Assembly (NCBI GenBank): GCA_963713615.1
Contig: CAVQMM010000001.1
Coordinates: 32,001 to 96,000, forward strand
DNA from: an uncultured Chlamydiae bacterium
GTDB taxonomy: Bacteria > Chlamydiota > Chlamydiia > Chlamydiales > JAJFMA01
Reading direction: 5' to 3'
DNA: 64,000 nucleotides
The notes below the pieces were generated by a model that was given only the letters and a program-made list of their open reading frames with translations, ran no database searches and was not told the origin of the DNA. Below are positions 57,593 to 64,000 of this stretch, in pieces; within the stretch, counting starts at the first letter, position 1, and each line of letters opens with the position of its first letter. The position numbers and the translations under genes were made by a program.

Positions 57593-58327
57593 ATGACAGA
57601 CGAACTCGTAAGATTATCAAAGCTAATGACCGAACGGGGCATCTGCTCACGTCGCGAGGCTGACCGCTATATTGAGCAAGGCCTGGTTCAGGTGGATGGA
57701 GAAATTGTCTCTGTCCTCGGGACGAAAGTATCGCCAAATGCGACCATCGAGCTATTGCCGCGTGCGCAACGTAGCCAGGAGCGCAAGGTAACGATTCTGC
57801 TCAATAAGCCCATAGGCTATGTTTCCACCCAACCGGAAAAGGGTTACCCTCCAGCTATTGATCTTATTTATGAACAAACCCAGGTAGAGGATGATTCAGG
57901 ACCAATGTTTCATCCCTCGCACCTCGTAAAGCTTGCTGTAGCAGGACGTTTAGACATCGATTCTAAAGGGCTGCTGGTTTTCACCCAAGACGGCGTCTTG
58001 GTTCGAAAGCTCATCGGGCCAGGTTCTGATATGGAGAAGGAATACCTTGTTTACGTGGTCGGTGAGGTTACGGACCAGGTATTGCGGAGGCTACGCTATG
58101 GATTATCGTTAGACGATAAACCCCTCAAGCGAGCCAAAATTGATGTGTTACAGCCACACGTCCTACGATTTGTTTTGCGCGAAGGGAGAAAGCGGCAGAT
58201 CCGACGCATGTGCGAAGCCGTAGGATTGGAAGTCACGGGTTTGAAGCGTGTGCGCATCGGAAGAGTACGCTTAGGCACCTTGCCGGAGGGGCAATGGCGT
58301 TATCTCGGCCCCGACGAGCAGTTCTGA
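57593..58327 (+). CDS. rRNA pseudouridine synthase, RsuA/RluB/RluF family
   Basis: S4 domain CSRREAD, LNKP.GY, GRLD, EG.KRQIRRM, LKRVRIG. Confidence 0.93.
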   Translation: MTDELVRLSKLMTERGICSRREADRYIEQGLVQVDGEIVSVLGTKVSPNATIELLPRAQRSQERKVTILLNKPIGYVSTQPEKGYPPAIDLIYEQTQVEDDSGPMFHPSHLVKLAVAGRLDIDSKGLLVFTQDGVLVRKLIGPGSDMEKEYLVYVVGEVTDQVLRRLRYGLSLDDKPLKRAKIDVLQPHVLRFVLREGRKRQIRRMCEAVGLEVTGLKRVRIGRVRLGTLPEGQWRYLGPDEQF

Positions 58328-59175
58328 ACGAAGTTGATGAATGCACGTACCTTCGGTGGTGTTAGTTTAGCCTCCCGATAGCACACATAAAGTGGAACAT
58401 CTCTTTTCGCCGATAGTTCCGGTAAAATTTCGACCAGGGCGCCAGATTTCAGTTCTTTCGTAGCGAGATATTCGTGAATCCAGGTCATCCCAATACCCTC
58501 CACAGCCAGATCTTTGAGGGCCTGTGCATCGTTAACGTACAAAAAAGGATTCAAAACAACCTCTTTACCATTCAGTTGAATGCTGTAGTTCGGCTGACGC
58601 ATGGTGTGGGCCAGGTAGCGATGAGACTTCAAATCCGCCACTTTTTTTGGTTTTCCAAAGCTTTCGAGATAGCTCGGAGCAGCACATAAAACGTAGCGTG
58701 TGGTCCCAATTTTTTTCTGAATGGCGTTGGGCGGTCCAGGAATCGACAGGCCAACCATGACATCAAGCCCCTCTTTTTCAAGGTCTGGAATTCGCTCACT
58801 TAAATCAAGCTCAAGGGTGACTTTAGGATAACGGTCGGTCCATTCCTTCAGGTAGGGAATGATGTAACGTTCCGCAAAGTGACGTCCTGAAAAGACTTTA
58901 AGATGCCCTTGAGGGATTTTTTTGTAGCCAGATAAAAAATTCTGAATCCCTTTTAGAGACTCTCTAATGCTCTGGCTTTCCTGAAATATCTGCGCACCAG
59001 CATCTGTCAGTTCGATGGAGCGTGTGGTTCGATTAAGAAGGCGAAGTCCACATGCCTCTTCAAGGGAAGAAATTTGTTTGCTGATAGCAGCCTTGGTAAG
59101 ACCCCGCTTTTTTGCCGCTGAGGTGAAGCCACCACTCTCTACCACATCTATAAAAACCAGTAGACGTTCGATCAT
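58300..59175 (-). CDS. LysR family regulator (CrgA-like)
   Basis: GGFTSAA...AISKQI..LE...LLNRTTR..LTDAG; CAAPSYL. Confidence 0.93.
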   Translation of the reverse strand: MIERLLVFIDVVESGGFTSAAKKRGLTKAAISKQISSLEEACGLRLLNRTTRSIELTDAGAQIFQESQSIRESLKGIQNFLSGYKKIPQGHLKVFSGRHFAERYIIPYLKEWTDRYPKVTLELDLSERIPDLEKEGLDVMVGLSIPGPPNAIQKKIGTTRYVLCAAPSYLESFGKPKKVADLKSHRYLAHTMRQPNYSIQLNGKEVVLNPFLYVNDAQALKDLAVEGIGMTWIHEYLATKELKSGALVEILPELSAKRDVPLYVCYREAKLTPPKVRAFINFVQNCSSGPR

Positions 59176-59261
59176 CGTTCCTCGATTGTTAATAATTGTT
59201 CAACTAATGTTGACACTTACGCATATTGTATACCAAAGCGATTTGTGCTACAATGATGTGT

Positions 59262-60593
59262 ATGAAAAATTATTCATTTATCCTACTTCTGTACATTGTG
59301 TTGCTGGCGTTTCCACAAATGAGCGAGACCATCATATCTCCTTCTTTACCGGGAATTGCAGCCTCTTTGCAATCTGACCATCAGGTTGTCGAACTTTCCC
59401 TAAGTATCTTCTTTGCGGGCTTTGCTGCGGGTGTATCCTTTTGGGGGATAGGCGCTGATTGGTGGGGCAGACGTCGCGCTCTACTTTATGGTCTGGTCGT
59501 GTTCTCACTGGGTTCTGTAGCCTGCACGCTATCACAGAGCATTGGTCAATTGTTGACGGCTACTTTCCTACAAGCTATCGGAGCAAGTTGCGGATCGGTG
59601 GTGACACAAACGATTTTACGCGATGTTTATAAACCGGAACAACGCGGACAGGTTTTTGCCATTATCGGTATGGCTTTGGCTTTTAGTCCAGCTTTGGGGC
59701 CTTTCATAGGTAGTTTGTTGGATGTTTCTTTTGGCTGGCGAGCAAATTATGTTTTTTGTGCTGGTCTGGGGCTGTTACTGTTTGTAGTTAGTGCCGTAGG
59801 AATCAAAGAGACACGTCCTGAAGGCTTACCAAAGCAGACCTTAGGATCTCTTGCACAGATTGCGAAAGTGATGATTCGCGATCCGTTCATCTGGGCGTGT
59901 GCGTTGCTAATTGGTATCTGCAATGGTGTGCTGTTCTGTTTTTTTGGAGAAGGGCCTTTTATCTTTATAGAAAAACTTGGCCTCGATGCTAATCAGTATG
60001 GTTGGATTGGAATCGTCGTGTCCTTATCTGTCTTTTTGGCTGGCAGCATCAGCCACAGACAGGTCGCTAAGATTGGTCCTGAGGCTCTGACGAAACGAGG
60101 GACTATTATACTGGCGTTGGGAGCATTGGCATATCTAGGAGCGTCAGCACTTGTAGAAATGAGCAATGGGTCGGGCCTGATCGCTGCTCTGGCATTGGTA
60201 CCTTCTTTGCTCGTTCTATTCTTAGGGATGGGATTAATCATCTCCAATGTATTGAGCATGGCTTTAAAGAATTATCAAGCTTGTGTGGGGTCTGCTGGCT
60301 CTCTATTTGGTCTGCTTTACTACATGATCATCGCATTGCTGACAGCGGGTATGAGTGCCTTGCATGGCGATACCATTCTTGCGCTACCTATCTATCTGGT
60401 TGGGTTGAGTCTGTTAGGATGCATCATTGCGATGGGGCTGACTCAAAGAGAGGCTGTAAAGACCTCGACTTCGGTCTCCGTTGGTTCGAGCCCAACAAGC
60501 AAGTTTTTGGGTTCATCCGGTTTTGTAGGCCTTAGGTATAGAGGGGAGCGAGGAATAGGATTGACTAGAGAGAACACCGAGACGCCGAGATAG
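59262..60593 (+). CDS. MFS drug efflux transporter, Bcr/CflA-like; tail derived from a repeat
   Basis: SETIISPSLP, ADWWGRR, SPALGPFIG; divergent from LysR. Confidence 0.9.
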   Translation: MKNYSFILLLYIVLLAFPQMSETIISPSLPGIAASLQSDHQVVELSLSIFFAGFAAGVSFWGIGADWWGRRRALLYGLVVFSLGSVACTLSQSIGQLLTATFLQAIGASCGSVVTQTILRDVYKPEQRGQVFAIIGMALAFSPALGPFIGSLLDVSFGWRANYVFCAGLGLLLFVVSAVGIKETRPEGLPKQTLGSLAQIAKVMIRDPFIWACALLIGICNGVLFCFFGEGPFIFIEKLGLDANQYGWIGIVVSLSVFLAGSISHRQVAKIGPEALTKRGTIILALGALAYLGASALVEMSNGSGLIAALALVPSLLVLFLGMGLIISNVLSMALKNYQACVGSAGSLFGLLYYMIIALLTAGMSALHGDTILALPIYLVGLSLLGCIIAMGLTQREAVKTSTSVSVGSSPTSKFLGSSGFVGLRYRGERGIGLTRENTETPR

Positions 60594-60603
60594 GAGAGAG
60601 AGG
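60510..60603. repeat. Half copy of family I overlapping MFS 3' end
   Basis: GGTTCATCCGGTTTTGTAGG...CCGAGACGCCGAGATAGGAGAGAGAGG matches left arm of 57114-57526. Confidence 0.8.
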
Positions 60604-60677
60604 AAAAATCCTGATCCTTTCCGTGCTGTTCCATTTCAAGTTCCGAAATAAAAATTCATAAAATTACCGTTTATCAT

Positions 60678-60733
60678 GGGGTCAGGCTTCACATTTGACA
60701 ATTTGGAAATTGTGAAATGTGAAGCTTGAGCCC
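60678..60733. repeat. GGGGTCAG-type REP-like hairpin
   Basis: GGGGTCAGGCTTCACATTTGACAATTT-GG-AAATTGTGAAATGTGAAGCTTGAGCCC. Confidence 0.6.
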
Positions 60734-60946
60734 TTTAATTCGCTCGACAGTCTGCTGCCAAAAAACAGGGCTGACGAAAGCTCTCTTGTACAGACGTGTC
60801 AAATTAAATATTTATTATTATAGCGCTTGTGTGATAAATTTGTAGATCAATGAGTTTCTGCATCAAATTTGTCCTAAGGTGCTATCTCGAAAGAATCAAA
60901 ACCAATCAAAGTTTTGTTTTTAAACATTAACGATTCTAGGAGAAAG

Positions 60947-62359
60947 ATGAAATTTACACCAATCTACGTGCTCTTTGTTTTTTTATGTCATTTACCCTTC
61001 CTGAATACACATGCAGATGAGCCTGGAACCTTTGAACAAATTACAGGTTCACCGTTTGGAGCGGGCACTGCACCTGCATCCGTAGCTTATTCTCCACTAG
61101 CATCGGGCAATTTATTTTCCGCTGTTCCTAATTTTCGCGATAACACGGTATCGGTGTATCAGGTAGCTCAAATAACAGGAACATTTACTGAAGTCAGTGG
61201 CTCTCCTTTTGCTACGGGTGGTCTGCCGGCTTGGCAAGCATTTTCACCACTAGTATCAGGAATCCTATTTTCTGCTGTTGCTAATTTCAATGACAATACA
61301 GTGTCTGTGTATGAGGTGAATCAAACTACGGGTGTATTTACCGAGGTTTTGGGCTCGCCCTTTGCGACGGGAGTAGGACCTGCTAGTATAGAATTTTCAC
61401 CACCGATCTCAGGCAATCTATATGCTGCTGTCCCTAATACCAGCGACGATACCGTGTCAGTGTATAAGGTGAATCACACAACTGGTGTATTTACCGAAGT
61501 TGTAGGTTCGCCTTTTGCAGCCGGGGCAGAGCCCAATTTCGCAGTATTTTCGCCGGTAGTATCAGGAAATCTATTTGCTACTGTGGCTAATGCCAGTGGC
61601 AATACAGTATCAGTATATAAAGTCAATCCAACTACAGGAGTATTTAGCGAGGTTGTCGGCTCTCCTTTTGCAACGGGATCAAGACCTCTTAATGTAAAAT
61701 TTTCCCCACTCGTCTCAGGAAATTTATTTGCGGCTGTTGCTAACTTAAATGACAATAACGTGTCAGTGTACGACGTTAATATCACCACAGGCGCATTTAC
61801 AGAAATTTCAACCTCTCCCTTTGCTGCTGGATCTGGGGCTAATGTGCTAGCATTTTCGCCTCACGCATCTGGACAGCTATTTGCCGCTGTTGGCAATTTC
61901 AACAGCAATAACGTCTCAGTATATGATGTTAATCCGACTTCCGGTGAATTTACAGAAGTGACAGGTTCTCCTTTTGCGACGGGCGGCGAACCCGATGGAA
62001 TCGCATTCTCTCCAATCCTATCAGAAAAGTTATTTGCTGCAGTCGCAAATTTTTCTGACAACACAGTATCTGTTTTTCAAGTGATTGTCGTTTCTACCAC
62101 GCCAAAAATTGATAGTGTTGTTCCAGATCATGGACTAATCACCGGGGGAACCTCTGTGACGATTACCGGTAAAAACTTTGCTGGAGCGAATGCTGTCAAT
62201 TTTGGAACGAATGCAGCCACCTCTTTCACGTTTGATAGTGATGTTCAGATTACAGCGGTTTCTCCATCTGGAACTGGAACCGTAGATGTCACCATCACAA
62301 CACCCGACGGAACCTCTCCGATATCTCCGAAGGATCGCTTTACCTACAGAATCCATTGA
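60947..62359 (+). CDS. Secreted 7-bladed beta-propeller (lactonase-like) plus IPT/TIG domain, paralog 1
   Basis: Signal peptide; seven 51-aa repeats (GSPFATG..P..V.FSP..SGNLFAAVAN..DNTVSVY.V); GGTSVTITGKNF. Confidence 0.88.
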   Translation: MKFTPIYVLFVFLCHLPFLNTHADEPGTFEQITGSPFGAGTAPASVAYSPLASGNLFSAVPNFRDNTVSVYQVAQITGTFTEVSGSPFATGGLPAWQAFSPLVSGILFSAVANFNDNTVSVYEVNQTTGVFTEVLGSPFATGVGPASIEFSPPISGNLYAAVPNTSDDTVSVYKVNHTTGVFTEVVGSPFAAGAEPNFAVFSPVVSGNLFATVANASGNTVSVYKVNPTTGVFSEVVGSPFATGSRPLNVKFSPLVSGNLFAAVANLNDNNVSVYDVNITTGAFTEISTSPFAAGSGANVLAFSPHASGQLFAAVGNFNSNNVSVYDVNPTSGEFTEVTGSPFATGGEPDGIAFSPILSEKLFAAVANFSDNTVSVFQVIVVSTTPKIDSVVPDHGLITGGTSVTITGKNFAGANAVNFGTNAATSFTFDSDVQITAVSPSGTGTVDVTITTPDGTSPISPKDRFTYRIH

Positions 62360-62450
62360 AATTGAAAGATGGGTTCATAAGCCAATGTTATTCTAAGGGG
62401 CGAAACCGTAATGCGGATATCATATTAAAATAATTGGTGAAAACTTCAAT

Positions 62451-64000
62451 ATGGAAAGAATTTTGAAAATTGCGAAAATATTTACGTTCTTTGTTTTTTT
62501 GTGGCATTCGTTTTTTATTATTGCGGATGTTCCAGGAACTTTTGAACAAATTACAGGTTCACCATTTGCAACGGGAGTCGCTCCTTCATCTTCATCCTAT
62601 TCCCCCTTAGCTTCAGGAAATTTATTTGCTGCAACACCGAATTTTCGCGATGGTACAGTATCGGTGTATCAGGTTGACCAAACAACCGGAGCATTTACTC
62701 AAGTAAGTGGTTCCCCTTTTGCAACAGGTGGACTTCCGGCTTGGCAATCATTTTCACCCCTAGCAGGAGGAAATTTATTTTCCGCTGTTGCTAATTTCAA
62801 TGACCATACAGTATCCGTGTATGAGGTGAACCAAACTACGGGTGTGTTTACTGAGGTTTTGGGTTCCCCTTTTGCAACGGGAGGAGGACCTGCTAGCGTA
62901 GAGTTTTCACCACTAGCTTCAGGAAATTTATTTGCTGCTGTCGCTAATACCAGCGACAATACAGTGTCAGTGTATAGCGTGAATCAGACTACTGGCGTAT
63001 TTACCGAGGTTGTAGGTTCGCCTTTTGCAGCTGGGGCAGAGTCTAATTTCGCAGTATTTTCTCCAGTAGTATCAGGAAACCTATTTGCTGCTGTAGCTAA
63101 TGCCAGTGGCAACACGGTTTCAGTCTATGAGGTAAATCCCACTACAGGCGCATTTACAGAGGTTGTAGGGTCACCTTTTGCAACGGGATCACGGCCTCTT
63201 AATATTGCATTTTCTCCACTAGTTTCAGGAAATTTATTTGCAGCTGTTGTTAATTTAAATGACAATAACATGTCAGTATATCAAGTCAATCTAATTACAG
63301 GTGCATTTACGCCAATTCCAACTTCTCCGGTTAATACAGGCTCGGGGCCTAATGTGATGGCATTCTCTCCTCTTGTTTCAGGAGATTTATTTGCAGGGGT
63401 TGTTAACTTCAATGACAATAGCGTATCTGTCTATGAGGTAAATCAAAGCAATGGAGCATTTACACAAATTGTGGGCTCTCCCTTTGCCACAGGAGGACAG
63501 CCTAGCGGAATAGCTTTCTCTCCCTTTGTATCGGGAAATCTATTTGCCATGGTTGCTAATTTTGCTGACAATACGGCCTCTGTTTATCACGTTGTTACCC
63601 CCACTCTTCCTATAGTGACGGGCATCGCCCCACCCACAGGACCCAACAACGGCGGCAATGCAGTTACGATTACTGGCACAAACTTTACAGGGACAACTGC
63701 TGTCGCTTTTGGGGCTAACCCAGCGACCTCTTTCGTTGTCAACAGCGATACGCAGATTACTTCTGTTTCACCCTCTGGGAGTGGCACTGTGGATATTACT
63801 GTAACAACACCACGCGGAACTTCTCTAACGTCTTCGGCAGATCAATACACTTATGTCTCAGCAGCCCCTCCACTCCCACCTTCTAATTTTGTGGGAGTGA
63901 TCAGGAAAAGTATATTTTTAAACCAAACCGACTATGTCATAAAAGCAAGGTGGACAGCAAGCCCTTCGCCAGATGTGATCTTGTATAGAATTTATCAAAA
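62451..64000 (+). CDS. Secreted beta-propeller plus IPT/TIG plus Fn3-like domain, paralog 2; runs off the window and is absent from the ORF track
   Basis: ATG 62451 gives MERILKIAKIFTFFVFLWHSFFIIADVPGTFEQITGSPF; same frame reads PPLPPSNFVG...WTASPSPDVILYRIY at the window end. Confidence 0.85.
   Translation, partial: MERILKIAKIFTFFVFLWHSFFIIADVPGTFEQITGSPFATGVAPSSSSYSPLASGNLFAATPNFRDGTVSVYQVDQTTGAFTQVSGSPFATGGLPAWQSFSPLAGGNLFSAVANFNDHTVSVYEVNQTTGVFTEVLGSPFATGGGPASVEFSPLASGNLFAAVANTSDNTVSVYSVNQTTGVFTEVVGSPFAAGAESNFAVFSPVVSGNLFAAVANASGNTVSVYEVNPTTGAFTEVVGSPFATGSRPLNIAFSPLVSGNLFAAVVNLNDNNMSVYQVNLITGAFTPIPTSPVNTGSGPNVMAFSPLVSGDLFAGVVNFNDNSVSVYEVNQSNGAFTQIVGSPFATGGQPSGIAFSPFVSGNLFAMVANFADNTASVYHVVTPTLPIVTGIAPPTGPNNGGNAVTITGTNFTGTTAVAFGANPATSFVVNSDTQITSVSPSGSGTVDITVTTPRGTSLTSSADQYTYVSAAPPLPPSNFVGVIRKSIFLNQTDYVIKARWTASPSPDVILYRIYQ

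Noticed and set aside
59195..59216. TCAAC-N4-GTTGA dyad as a LysR box
   Set aside because: Plausible position, but the spacing does not fit T-N11-A cleanly; too weak to call
61020..63590. Regular 153-nt periodic repeats
   Set aside because: Coding beta-propeller blades with third-position variation, not a CRISPR or DNA-level array
1..64000. tRNA, rRNA and known riboswitches
   Set aside because: No cloverleaf or rRNA-like sequence recognised by eye; tRNAscan-SE or Infernal would be needed to exclude them

Overview
64 kb of mid-GC bacterial DNA, most likely from an environmental, protist-associated chlamydia (Parachlamydiales-like). This is inferred from eukaryote-like BTB and LRR proteins, a giant DUF3638-type protein and PVC-type Cys-rich barrel proteins. 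It holds about 47 protein genes: dacB, def, SDRs, ferritin, mscL, an RND pump, an oxalate decarboxylase-like/DMT/YpdA/HlyIII cluster, a TsdA-like cytochrome, ABC-F, a pseudouridine synthase and LysR/MFS. There are four tandem paralog pairs: PEP-CTERM, Cys-rich barrel, BTB and propeller-IPT. Mobile DNA comprises an intact-looking IS66 with fused TnpA-TnpB, an internally deleted ISAs1, and many palindromic MITE/REP-like families, some with target-site duplications and one nested cluster at 42.1-43.2 kb. No rRNA, tRNA or CRISPR array was seen. Most notable: (1) two PEP-CTERM proteins with Cys/Gln thioester-domain motifs, each behind a sigma-54 promoter; (2) a 3.3k-aa signal-peptide protein combining a CE-clan-like protease motif set with SF2 helicase-like motifs; (3) a stand-alone tRNA-dependent DUF2156 transferase paired with a SyrP-like dioxygenase; (4) a WYL-like domain behind a signal peptide; (5) a frame-preserving 160+8 bp palindromic MITE. 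All family calls come from reading motifs by eye; no searches were run.
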